The notes under the pieces: generated by a model | The model's input: the letters and a program-made list of their open reading frames with translations, nothing else | What the model was told of the DNA's origin: nothing | Databases searched by the model: none | Shown here: positions 1 through 9,268 of the stretch, one piece after another | Position numbering within the stretch: position 1 is the first letter of the stretch | Layout of the letters: every line of letters starts with the position of its first letter | Translations under genes and position numbers: made by a program | From: Nitrospirota bacterium | Lineage (GTDB): Bacteria; Nitrospirota; UBA9217 | NCBI GenBank assembly: GCA_963840455.1 | Contig: CAWIYV010000010.1 | Location: 256,001 to 320,000, forward strand | DNA: 64,000 nt | Reading direction: 5' to 3'

Positions 1-588
1 ATACTCGATCCGAGAAACCGCGTCAGATGCGCCGGCAAGTACAATCTCGGCCCGGCCCAACCTGATGAGATCATAGGCATATGCAATTGCATAGTTGCCT
101 GCGGCACAGGCAGTAGAAAACATAAAATTAGGACCATGGCAGCTCAGCTCGGCGGCAATGGCGGCCGGTGCCGTGTGCGTCGGCATTTGAGAGAACAGCT
201 CTTTTCCCGGCTTCCGCTGTCGAACGAGCAGCACATCAACATCTTCTATTGCCTGGGCAGCACCTAATGTCGTTCCATGGGAGACGCCGATCGTGCGGTC
301 AGCAGCATCCCCGGCCGTGATGCCTGCGTCGTCCCACGCAAGTTTAGCCGAGGCCACGGCCATCTGGGTGGCGCGGTTCATGAATGGCAGCCGGTCCCCG
401 GGGATGAAATTTTCGGCCCTGAAATCTCGCACTTCGCCGCCGTTGTGGGTGAAATGGTTCGCAGTATCGAAAGACGTAACCGGGCTGATCCCTGATCTCC
501 CGTCCAGAAGATTCCCCCAGAACTCCTTCCATCCGATGCCGATGGAGGAGACGACGCCCAGGCCAGTTATGACGACGCGCTTATTCAT
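1..588 (-). CDS. fabF: beta-ketoacyl-ACP synthase (FabF-like KS), runs off window edge
   Basis: Manual translation from ATG 588: MNKRVVITGLGVVSSIGIG...GPNFMFSTACAAGNYAI; catalytic Cys in TACAAG. Not in ORF track. Confidence 0.85.
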   Translation of the reverse strand, partial: MNKRVVITGLGVVSSIGIGWKEFWGNLLDGRSGISPVTSFDTANHFTHNGGEVRDFRAENFIPGDRLPFMNRATQMAVASAKLAWDDAGITAGDAADRTIGVSHGTTLGAAQAIEDVDVLLVRQRKPGKELFSQMPTHTAPAAIAAELSCHGPNFMFSTACAAGNYAIAYAYDLIRLGRAEIVLAGASDAVSRIEY

Positions 589-1021
589 GCTTTACGCTGA
601 ACACCAGCTCCGCCTCAGCGACCTTTGTCTCGCCTACCGAGGCCGCTCCCGACACATAGGCTCCGGTTGGCAGGGATTTGACGTTTTCAACGGTTATTCT
701 GATCTGATCTCCCGGAGTGACCGCATGCAGAAAGCGGGCTTTGACCGAGCCGAAGTAGTACAGAGGCTTTGGAGCCCCCTCCGGCGGCCCGTTCTTCGAT
801 GCGAACATGACAATGGCCGCCTGCGCCATGGCCTCGATGATGGCCGCCCCGGGCATGACGGCCTTTTCCGGGAAATGGCCGAGAAAGAAGATGTCGTTCC
901 CTGAGACGTTCTTGATCGCCACCGCGCGCTTGCCCGGCTCGATCTCGACGATCCGGTCCAGCATGATGAAGGGAAAACGCTGGGGGATAAGCTTCTTGAT
1001 CTCTTCAAAATCGAGCTGCAT
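581..1021 (-). CDS. fabZ: 3-hydroxyacyl-ACP dehydratase
   Basis: IPQRFPFIMLDR, FFLGHFPEKAVMPGAAIIEAMAQ hotdog-fold motifs. Confidence 0.92.
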   Translation of the reverse strand: MQLDFEEIKKLIPQRFPFIMLDRIVEIEPGKRAVAIKNVSGNDIFFLGHFPEKAVMPGAAIIEAMAQAAIVMFASKNGPPEGAPKPLYYFGSVKARFLHAVTPGDQIRITVENVKSLPTGAYVSGAASVGETKVAEAELVFSVKHE

Positions 1022-1024
1022 GTG

Positions 1025-2260
1025 TCACCGTCCTCTGCCGCCGAGGATGACGGCCGCATTCTGTCCGTAGGGGTCGGCAGCGGTCACGAGCACCCTGCCC
1101 ACCGGCCGCTGTCGGGCCGAGTTCGGCACGTTGTCGAGGTCGCAGTGCGGGTCAGGCCTGTGATAGCTCACCGTGGGGGGAATAAAGCCCTTTCGTATGG
1201 CTCCGACCGCGGCAGACAGCGCCAAAGCGCCCGAAGCGGAGAATGACTCTCCTATCATCGACTTGATCGCGCTCACCGGAACGCTGGACGCATGACTCCC
1301 GAGCACCTCCTTCAAGACCCTCGTCTCCATACGGTCGAGCCCTGGCGTTCCGTTCGCGCAGGCGCAGACATATTCAAGATCTTCGGGCCGGCTTTGAGCG
1401 TCTTCGAGCGCAAGTTCGATGGCGGTCTTCAGGCCTTTTCCTGCACGTTCAAAAGAACTGTCCGATCCGGGATCAAAGGCGTTCCCGGCGCCCAGCACCA
1501 CGGCGAGTATCTCGGCTCCCCGGCTCACGGCATGCTGTTCATCTTCCAATACCAGCATTGCCGCGCCCTCAGACAGGACGAACCCATCCCTGGCCGCATC
1601 AAAGGGCCGGCTGACCGGTTCGCCGCCGCTCATCCCGGACAGATATCCCAGGTTATGGAACAGGAGAAATGTCTCTTCGCAGAGCTCTTCCACACCCCCG
1701 GCAAGGACAACATCAGCCCTTCCCTGCCGGATGAAATCAGCTGCGTAGGAGACGGCATCGAGCCCGGCACAGAAGCCGGTGGATATGGTGGTATTGAAAC
1801 CCTTGATGTTGAAACGGATCGAGACCTGACTTGCCGGAGCGTTGATGACCGTGTTCGGGAAATGGGATGGATTGACGAGCCTCGGTCCTTCGATGAGGCC
1901 TGAGCGGTCGAACTGGGAGATGCTGTGGAGGCTTCCGAAGGTCGAACCAAGCGATACGCCGATCGCGCCGGTATTGACGTTAGTGATATCAAGCCTGCTG
2001 TCGTCCAGGGCGAGCTTCGCTGCGGAACAGGCAAGACGCGCGCTCCGGTCAAGTTCCCGAAGCCCTTTTTTCCCGAGATATTCCACCGGGTCGAAACCGG
2101 CGATCTCGCCCGCAAGCTTCACAGCATACGGAGCCGCGTCAAAAAGCGTTATGGGCCGGAAGCCCTTCTCACCGTGTGCCAGTGCCTGCCAATATGCATC
2201 CCTGCCCTTTCCGATCGAGGAGATGACCCCCAGACCGGTTATGACGACCGTTTTCCCCAT
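1025..2260 (-). CDS. ketosynthase-like protein lacking the catalytic triad (chain-length-factor-like)
   Basis: KS fold, but TGFCAG, ACANGT and KSMIGES replace TACxxG, NAHGT and KSMxGH. Confidence 0.8.
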   Translation of the reverse strand: MGKTVVITGLGVISSIGKGRDAYWQALAHGEKGFRPITLFDAAPYAVKLAGEIAGFDPVEYLGKKGLRELDRSARLACSAAKLALDDSRLDITNVNTGAIGVSLGSTFGSLHSISQFDRSGLIEGPRLVNPSHFPNTVINAPASQVSIRFNIKGFNTTISTGFCAGLDAVSYAADFIRQGRADVVLAGGVEELCEETFLLFHNLGYLSGMSGGEPVSRPFDAARDGFVLSEGAAMLVLEDEQHAVSRGAEILAVVLGAGNAFDPGSDSSFERAGKGLKTAIELALEDAQSRPEDLEYVCACANGTPGLDRMETRVLKEVLGSHASSVPVSAIKSMIGESFSASGALALSAAVGAIRKGFIPPTVSYHRPDPHCDLDNVPNSARQRPVGRVLVTAADPYGQNAAVILGGRGR

Positions 2261-2266
2261 GTCCCC

Positions 2267-3052
2267 TTACATTCCCAGGCCGCCGTCTATCTGGACAACC
2301 TGCCCGGTCATATAATGCGACGCATCGCTCACCAAAAAAAGCACCGCCTGCGCAACCTCGCCGGCCGTGCCGAACCGTCCCAACGGGATCTGCTGGAGGG
2401 CCTTTTCCCGGAATTTTTCGCCAAGCTGCGATGTCATGTCTGTTTCGATGAATCCGGGAGCGACGGCATTTACGCGGATGTTGTACGGTGCCACTTCTTT
2501 TGCCAGCGACTTCGTGAATCCGATGATCCCCGCCTTGGCCGCGGCATAGTTCACCTGGCCCGCCATGGGCCGGATGCCGCTGACCGACGAAACATTCACG
2601 ACGTTCCCGCTTTTCTGCTTGAGGAAAGTGATGATACAGGCGCGGGTCGTATTGAAGACTCCCGTCAGATCGGTGTCGATGACGTCGCCCCAGTCCTCCC
2701 TGCTCATCGCCATGAGCGACCGATCGCGGGTGATGCCGGCGTTATTGACGAGGATGTCGAGCCTGCCGAACTCGCCTTTGACCTGCTCGATCATGGTTTT
2801 CGCGCCTTCGAAGTCCCGGACATCGAGCCGTATCGGTAAAGCCCGTTGTCCCAAAGCCCGAACCTCGGCAGCCAGGGCCTCGGCGGCTTCCTGGTGAGCC
2901 GTATAGGTGAACGCGCAGTCAGCGCCCTGCCCGCTCAGGGCAAGCACAATGGCGCGTCCTATGCCCCGCGACCCGCCCGTAACAATGGCCGTGTTATCGC
3001 GCAGCCGCTTCTGGTCCAACAAACCTCCCGGTCCTGCGGAACGATACGTCAT
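2267..3052 (-). CDS. fabG: 3-oxoacyl-ACP reductase (start may be TTG ~3019-3022)
   Basis: TGGSRGIG, NNAGITRD, YAAAK SDR motifs. Confidence 0.92.
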   Translation of the reverse strand: MTYRSAGPGGLLDQKRLRDNTAIVTGGSRGIGRAIVLALSGQGADCAFTYTAHQEAAEALAAEVRALGQRALPIRLDVRDFEGAKTMIEQVKGEFGRLDILVNNAGITRDRSLMAMSREDWGDVIDTDLTGVFNTTRACIITFLKQKSGNVVNVSSVSGIRPMAGQVNYAAAKAGIIGFTKSLAKEVAPYNIRVNAVAPGFIETDMTSQLGEKFREKALQQIPLGRFGTAGEVAQAVLFLVSDASHYMTGQVVQIDGGLGM

Positions 3053-3137
3053 CAGCGAAGCCAGGTGAACGAGAATTCCCGCCCGCTCGATTTCAGAGGC
3101 CTTGGTTTCGTCCGCTCCGCCTGTCCCGTGCGCCCCA

Positions 3138-4187
3138 TTACTTGGTGGACGAATAGAACACGATCACACCGCTCCTGTCGCGGGTCATGGTCATCTTGTC
3201 CACAGGTATTCCCGCCTCGCCAAGGATCCGCTCGAAGTCCTTCACTGTCCGCTGCAGGAACCCGTCCCAATCCGCGATCCAGTGGTACTCCTGGGCACGG
3301 TAGCGGTCCGCATCCTTGAACGCGGCAATGAGCTTCCCGCCTTTGTTCAGCAGCTGGTAGAGGGACCGCAGCAGCTTTACGAGAAAATCATCAGGGAGGT
3401 AATCGAAATATCCCACGCTGTAGATCACATCCTGGGGACCGAACTCAGCTTTGGCGATGTCGTGGTCGAACATCCTGAGCGCGTTGTACTTGGTCACCGT
3501 TATCTGCTCAGGAGCCAGGTCCGCAGGCGCGAACCGTTTCACGGCGAAATCCAGGGCGTCGCCGTCGAGGTCGATGCAGGTGAACTTCGCCTTCGATTGT
3601 CTGATATCCGGGACCAGCATCGAGACCTCACGGCACGAACCGCAGGCAATATCCAGCACTTTCAGGTCCTGCCTCGCGGAAAGCTCGGCATGGAGAAGCT
3701 CGGTCAGCTTCTCAAGCCTCCCTCGCAGGGCGTGGGCGAGCGGCCAGTCCAGGATATATTTGTCCAGATAGTATCCAATTCCGTCGGACATTGGCGTGTT
3801 CCGATACGCGGTTTCTAGTGTCTTGTAGTCTCCCTGGTAGCCCTGCGGCCAGGTCCGGATCCGGTTGATGGCATAGCTTTTTGAAAGAAAGGGGTGGGTC
3901 CTCTTGCGGAAATAGGACCGGGTGGCCTTTATCACGTTCTCATCCTTGACCTCCGCCTCGAACTGTGCACAGACCTTCAGGACCGTATCGTTCAAGGTTA
4001 CGATGTCCCGGAGAATGGCCTCCTCATCCGCCTGGTCACCCGCGATGCGTCGCTCCAGGGTCCTCAGTTCCTCCATGTAGCGCTCGATCGCCTGCCCGAG
4101 GATGAGCGTGTATTTTTCCTGCTCTTCTCCGACCGACCAGAGGGCATCCTGCTCAGCATTAACCCCGTATTTCAGTTCGTTCTCCAT
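3138..4187 (-). CDS. class I SAM-dependent methyltransferase (possibly PhcB-like)
   Basis: VLDIACGSCRE motif I, YSVGYFDYL, WPQGYQGDY; AGGAG RBS before ATG 4187. Confidence 0.75.
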   Translation of the reverse strand: MENELKYGVNAEQDALWSVGEEQEKYTLILGQAIERYMEELRTLERRIAGDQADEEAILRDIVTLNDTVLKVCAQFEAEVKDENVIKATRSYFRKRTHPFLSKSYAINRIRTWPQGYQGDYKTLETAYRNTPMSDGIGYYLDKYILDWPLAHALRGRLEKLTELLHAELSARQDLKVLDIACGSCREVSMLVPDIRQSKAKFTCIDLDGDALDFAVKRFAPADLAPEQITVTKYNALRMFDHDIAKAEFGPQDVIYSVGYFDYLPDDFLVKLLRSLYQLLNKGGKLIAAFKDADRYRAQEYHWIADWDGFLQRTVKDFERILGEAGIPVDKMTMTRDRSGVIVFYSSTK

Positions 4188-4609
4188 AATAATTGCTCTC
4201 CTTATTGTCAGAATGTTTGATGTGATGCCGGCACACCGGATACCGTGGGGCGTGACCACTTGGGGCACGGCAGCGGTCAGCTCATGAACAGATGCGGGGG
4301 GTCACCTCCTTCTTCTAGCAAAGTGATAGTGCATCAATGCTCAGCCCCGATAGTGCCGGCCAGGGGCTATTTCTCAGTACAGTGAACGATTGATAATGAA
4401 AAGGACAGGGTAGCGTAACGAGCGACTGCGACGACTAAAACATTACCTGCAGAGCGGAATTAAGTCAAGTTTTTTTTGTTTCAAAAGTGGTCGTGCGAAA
4501 GGTTCAGGAAGGCATAAGAGGACTACTTTAGGATTATGAACGAGCAACGCCTCGTCGTTGCGGTTATGTGCGCTGCATCTGATGCGAGAACAGGAAAGGG
4601 AGGGGAGCT

Positions 4610-5290
4610 TTAGATGGCGGAGATTATGCCGCGGTCCATACGGAAGTGCTGCTGGGTCTGGCGGGCAAGGTCGGAATTATGGGTGACCATGATGAAGGTG
4701 GTGCCGTGCTCTTTGTTCATCCGGAGAAAGAACTGCATCATGTCGTTCTCGGTCTCCTCGTCAAGGTCGCCCGTCGGTTCGTCGGCGAGGATGAGCTCGG
4801 GGCTGTTCATGAAGGCCCGGGCGATGGCCACGCGGCGCTGCTGACCGCCCGAGAGCTGGGAAGGATGGGCATTGATCTTGTCGCTGAGCCCTACTGCACG
4901 GAGGAGCTCCGTCGCTCTCTGCTCGTGGCCATCACCGGCTGTCCGCTGCGGCCGGAACGCGACAGGCAGCAGGAGGTTCTCCTTCGCCGTCAGGATCGGG
5001 AGCAGGCTCGCGGACTGGAACATGAAGCCGACCTGCTCGCACCGGTACTCCGAAAGCCGGTCGCTGGTCCAGGTATAGAGGTCCTCGCCGTTGAACAGAA
5101 CCCGGCCCGCTGTGGGAGAGACCATCCCGCCGACGAGCGACAGGAGTGTCGTCTTGCCCGAGCCGGAATGGCCCACGATGGAGACGAACGATCCCTTCTC
5201 GATGGTCAGGGATGCGTTCTTCACCGCGACGATGGTGTCGCTTCCCACCGGGTACTCCTTCACTACCTTGTCGATCACGATCTGGCTCAT
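4610..5290 (-). CDS. ABC transporter ATP-binding protein (LolD/MacB type)
   Basis: GHSGSGKT, LSGGQQRRVAIARA, ILADEPTG. Confidence 0.93.
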   Translation of the reverse strand: MSQIVIDKVVKEYPVGSDTIVAVKNASLTIEKGSFVSIVGHSGSGKTTLLSLVGGMVSPTAGRVLFNGEDLYTWTSDRLSEYRCEQVGFMFQSASLLPILTAKENLLLPVAFRPQRTAGDGHEQRATELLRAVGLSDKINAHPSQLSGGQQRRVAIARAFMNSPELILADEPTGDLDEETENDMMQFFLRMNKEHGTTFIMVTHNSDLARQTQQHFRMDRGIISAI

Positions 5291-5292
5291 GC

Positions 5293-6483
5293 TTACTCCG
5301 TTTTGATCACCATCAGGGGCTCCATCTTCTTGAGACGCTGGATCGGCCCCAGTGCGCCGAGCACGCAGATCGCCGTCCCGCCCAGGAAGCTCATTACCGA
5401 GATCACGACCCGTTCCATGACGGAAAGATCGGTGGAGAGATGCTTGACGATGGAGAATGTCTTCGCGAAGAGCGCGGATAGGCCAGTCCCCGCGACGATG
5501 CCGAGGACGCTCCCGGCAAGGCCGATGACCAGCACCTCGATCAGGAATATCCGGAAGATGTGCCGTTCCTTCGCGCCCAGGGCGCGCATGATGCCCACCT
5601 CCTTGGCCCGCTCGTTCGCGATGGCGGTAAAGATGGCCCAGACCAGGAAAAAGGACATGATCGCCGTCAGGGAGATGGTCATGGTGAAGATCCTGCTCAT
5701 GTCCGTGAGCGTTGTGATGATGTTCTTGCCGATGTCCTTGCGGGCCATGGCATCGGCCTCGATGATATTGTCCTCGACCTCCGCAGCAACCGTTGCCGGG
5801 TCGACACCGGGCTTTACCTTGACCAGGATCACCGAGATATCATCAGGCTGCAGGTTCTTCACCTTGCCGCTCGCGACGATCGCCAGCATGTTCTCCATCC
5901 CGATGAACACCGCCCTGTCGTACCCCGTACCGGTCCTTTCCAACGACCCGACGAGCCTGAACACGTTCCCGAACAGCATGCTGTCCATCTCGACGAGCCC
6001 CAGCCGGATGTTGAACGCCGATTCGTCGCCGGCGACCGCCTCTCCCTTGCCGAGCCTGCGCTGAAGCTTCTCCGCCAGCCAGGGCTTGATGATGAAGTCC
6101 GTGTCCTGGTTGAAGGCGATCACCATCGAATCGGGGACGGAGCAACATACGCCCGCGACCGTGACGAGGTACACCTGCTCGGTGGCCTTCTCGACGCCCG
6201 GAAGGGCCCGCACACGATCAAGGATGCTCCGTTTCATATAGAAGGTCTTGATCCGGTTCTCGAGCAGGATCTCCTCGGCCGCTCCCCGCGCGTTGGTGGG
6301 CACGACCAGCACGTCCGCTCCGAGCCGCTCCGTGCTCTTCTTGATGCTGCCGTTCACACGCTGGACAAAGGACAGCGAGAACACGAGCGCCGATGACAGC
6401 AGCGCAATGGCGAAAATCAGGATGGCGGTTCGGAGGGGCTTCCGCTTGAGGTTCTTGATGGCAAAGGGAGTAAGGCTCGGCAT
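5293..6483 (-). CDS. ABC transporter permease (FtsX/MacB type) with periplasmic CC motif
   Basis: ERAKEVGIMRALGA motif, 4-TM layout, VCCSV in periplasmic domain. Confidence 0.88.
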   Translation of the reverse strand: MPSLTPFAIKNLKRKPLRTAILIFAIALLSSALVFSLSFVQRVNGSIKKSTERLGADVLVVPTNARGAAEEILLENRIKTFYMKRSILDRVRALPGVEKATEQVYLVTVAGVCCSVPDSMVIAFNQDTDFIIKPWLAEKLQRRLGKGEAVAGDESAFNIRLGLVEMDSMLFGNVFRLVGSLERTGTGYDRAVFIGMENMLAIVASGKVKNLQPDDISVILVKVKPGVDPATVAAEVEDNIIEADAMARKDIGKNIITTLTDMSRIFTMTISLTAIMSFFLVWAIFTAIANERAKEVGIMRALGAKERHIFRIFLIEVLVIGLAGSVLGIVAGTGLSALFAKTFSIVKHLSTDLSVMERVVISVMSFLGGTAICVLGALGPIQRLKKMEPLMVIKTE

Positions 6484-6634
6484 GGGAAGGTCTATCTTTC
6501 TCGCATCATGATCGCGGTTCAATATCTAGATCATTATACCGGATGGATGAATTCTTATGCAAGCGGCAAATGAGACGATCTGCCGGATTCGGCCCGGGCC
6601 CATCCGGGGCGCACCAGCTCCGGCGCGCAGGCAC

Positions 6635-6673
6635 AAAAAAACCTCTCCCCGCGGATGGACCGCAGGGAGAGGT
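6635..6673 (-). terminator. intrinsic terminator
   Basis: ACCTCTCCC/GGGAGAGGT stem followed by U-tract on minus strand. Confidence 0.7.
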
Positions 6674-6695
6674 CATGGTCAGCAGATGGTGGTGA

Positions 6696-7853
6696 TTACT
6701 TCTTGAAGTTCGCGTCGAGGCCGCAGAGCACGGCGTTCTTGTCGCCCTGGCCCATGCTCTTGTGGCAATTAAAGCAGGTCGACATGGTCCTGGAGGAGAC
6801 CGTCCTTGCGCCGGCATCATAGAGCATGAACACGCCGTCGGTGATGGTCTTTGCTTCGCCCTTCTCGTCCTTGATCCCCTTGCCTTCCACATCGCAGCCC
6901 TCGGCAACGTTGCGGACCGTCAGGAGCGCGAACTTGCCGTCAGGCGTCGGCATGGCGTCATGGAGCTGATGGGCGGCAGGCATCATCTTCTCGTCAACGA
7001 GCTTCAGGGTCTTGGCATCGAGCACCCAGAGGCGGTCGGCAGCGGACTGCATGATGTACTTGCCGTCCTTCGTGAAATACTGGCGGAAGGTGATGGTGTT
7101 GTTCGGGTCGCCCTTTATCGTGTTCTTGGTGATGACCTTCAGCTTGCCCTTCTCGAGCTGAGCCAGGTCAACCAGCACGAAGTCCACGTCGCCGGTCATC
7201 TTGCCGTCCTTCACCTGGTTCATGGTGAACACCCAGGTCTTCATGTCAGGCGAGTTCGTGCCGTGCGTGAACTTGTAGGTGCCCTTGGCATAGCCCATAT
7301 CGCTGATGAACACGCGGTGCAGGTGCTTCAGGTCCTTCTTGCTGAACACGTCCACATAGCCTTCCACGCCCATGAATACCGGCATGTAGTTATCCTTGCT
7401 CTGGCCGGAAGCGCAGTATAGCGGAGGCTTGTCACCAGGCGCGCGCGCCGGATCCGGCGTCAGAGTTACGTCCTGAATGACCTTGCCGGTCTTGAGGTCG
7501 GACTTGCCGACATGCATCTTCTTGTTGGTATCGGGAATATAGGTGGACCAGAACAGCACGGTCGGGTCGTTCGAGTCGATCCGGGCGTCATGCGTGGCAT
7601 GAGAGGTCTTGTCCCCGATGTCCACTTTATCCAGCTTGGTGATCTTCACCGGCTCGTTGGCATTGCTCGGGTCGATGATCACCTCAGCCTGGGCGAAGTG
7701 GCCGCCGTGACCGGCAACGTACACCGTGGCCGAATAGGTCGGGCCGGCCGCGACCGCTGTAGGCACCGCGGTGGTCGGCGCGACCGTCGTGAGCGCAAGA
7801 TAGCTCACCAAGACTACTGCGACAATTGCGAAAAGCACTGCAAACTTTTTCAT
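6696..7853 (-). CDS. exported His-rich beta-propeller-like protein with C-terminal c-type heme motif
   Basis: Signal/anchor N-terminus, blade-like TxDGK repeats, several His motifs, CFNCH near C-terminus. Confidence 0.65.
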   Translation of the reverse strand: MKKFAVLFAIVAVVLVSYLALTTVAPTTAVPTAVAAGPTYSATVYVAGHGGHFAQAEVIIDPSNANEPVKITKLDKVDIGDKTSHATHDARIDSNDPTVLFWSTYIPDTNKKMHVGKSDLKTGKVIQDVTLTPDPARAPGDKPPLYCASGQSKDNYMPVFMGVEGYVDVFSKKDLKHLHRVFISDMGYAKGTYKFTHGTNSPDMKTWVFTMNQVKDGKMTGDVDFVLVDLAQLEKGKLKVITKNTIKGDPNNTITFRQYFTKDGKYIMQSAADRLWVLDAKTLKLVDEKMMPAAHQLHDAMPTPDGKFALLTVRNVAEGCDVEGKGIKDEKGEAKTITDGVFMLYDAGARTVSSRTMSTCFNCHKSMGQGDKNAVLCGLDANFKK

Positions 7854-8046
7854 TGTGGATCTCCCCTTTCCTTCGTATGATTAAGATACCTTGTTGAGTT
7901 AGTGACCAGAACGTTTACTTCTGACTCAAGAGTGTTGTATTCTTGCCCGCTCTCACCTCCCCTTTTTACAAGATCTGCAGGATCGTTAATGAAGTCTTTC
8001 CGAACAGGCCACGTCATGGGCCCGCCCCTTTTAACCTTTATCTTAT

Positions 8047-8502
8047 CTACTTCTGGAACTGGAACGGCACCGTCCGTTGTCCGGACCGTTCGAACCGGAG
8101 CGTAAGGGCCAGCTCCGATCCTTTCTGGATGGTCTTCGGCATATTAAAGATCATGATATGGAAGCTTCCCGGTTTGAGCTCCACGGTATCCCGGGCAGGG
8201 ACGGGGATCTCCTCGATCCGTACCATCCGATTTTCCCTCACGTCGTGGAACTCAATCACCGTCTTCGGCAGCGACGCCGTGACCCCGATCAGGTTGTCAC
8301 GGCCGCCGGCGTTCCGGATCGTCATGTAGAGAGAGCCGGAGCCGATAAAGAGCGGCGAAAGCTCGGCATACTGGCCTTCAATGGTGATCTGCGGCGGGGA
8401 AGAGGAGCATCCCGTGCCCGCGATGATCAGGACCGCCAGCACCACCCCCCGAAGAACGATCAACGATGCATGTGAGCGGTTGGCTTTCCGTTGCATCATC
8501 AT
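8047..8502 (-). CDS. copper chaperone PCu(A)C, probable lipoprotein
   Basis: EFHDV..RMV..IPVPA..VELKPGSFHIM Cu(I) motif; GTGC lipobox-like. Confidence 0.88.
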   Translation of the reverse strand: MMMQRKANRSHASLIVLRGVVLAVLIIAGTGCSSSPPQITIEGQYAELSPLFIGSGSLYMTIRNAGGRDNLIGVTASLPKTVIEFHDVRENRMVRIEEIPVPARDTVELKPGSFHIMIFNMPKTIQKGSELALTLRFERSGQRTVPFQFQK

Positions 8503-8752
8503 GGAAGAATTGCCGGATCCATCAGATATGAGCTATGAGCACACGAGAGCATTCTGATGAAGTACCGTATATTAGTGCAGGGTCTTGCGGCATGTCAACG
8601 TAAAATTCTAACTTGAGAGTATATATTGTTCATTTTTAGGGGTTTTCTTTGCTCTTTTCGTTACGAAAAGTGATGCGTGGCGCGCCCTTCCCCTTTTCCG
8701 CTTTTTTTGGTATGATTATCACCAGCCGGACATCACGAAAGGAGACCGAACA

Positions 8753-9178
8753 ATGGTACAGAAAGCCAGCACCAAGCTGACCGATATGCTCCAGCAGGCG
8801 ATCGCACGGGAGATACAGGTGAGCGTGCAGTATATGTGGCAGCATATCATGGCAAAAGGCCTCGAATCGGCGGAGATCGCCGATGTCTTCGAGGATGCCG
8901 CGATCGAGGAGATGAAGCACGCCGAGAAGATCGCGGAGCGCATCTTCTACTTCGATGTCGCCCCCACCACCAAACCGTCGCCCATCGTCGTCGTGCCGGG
9001 CCTCAAGGAGATGCTCGAGGCAGATGCCAAGGCGGAAGAAGAGGCGATCGACCTCTACAAGGCCATCATCAAGCAGGCCGAATCCGAGGGCGACTCCACG
9101 ACCCGGCTCCTCTTCGAGCAGATCCTCGCCGACGAGGAACGGCATCACGACACCTTCACGACGCTGCTCGGGAAATAG
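8753..9178 (+). CDS. ferritin-like/bacterioferritin-family di-iron protein
   Basis: EEMKHAE and DEERHHD ExxH pairs. Confidence 0.85.
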   Translation: MVQKASTKLTDMLQQAIAREIQVSVQYMWQHIMAKGLESAEIADVFEDAAIEEMKHAEKIAERIFYFDVAPTTKPSPIVVVPGLKEMLEADAKAEEEAIDLYKAIIKQAESEGDSTTRLLFEQILADEERHHDTFTTLLGK

Positions 9179-9209
9179 TTCCCGTCACCAGCACGACCGT
9201 CCCGCGAAC

Positions 9210-9247
9210 AAGAAAAGGCCGAAGCTTCACGCTTCGGCCTTTTTCTT
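9210..9247. terminator. bidirectional intrinsic terminator
   Basis: AAAAGGCCGAAGC-TTCAC-GCTTCGGCCTTTT between convergent genes. Confidence 0.8.
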
Positions 9248-9268
9248 CCCGATGGGACGAACCGCTCC

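Noticed and set aside
6696-7853. NosZ or cytochrome cd1 nitrite reductase
   Set aside because: Too short, no CuA motif, heme motif is C-terminal, and no nos or nir genes nearby.
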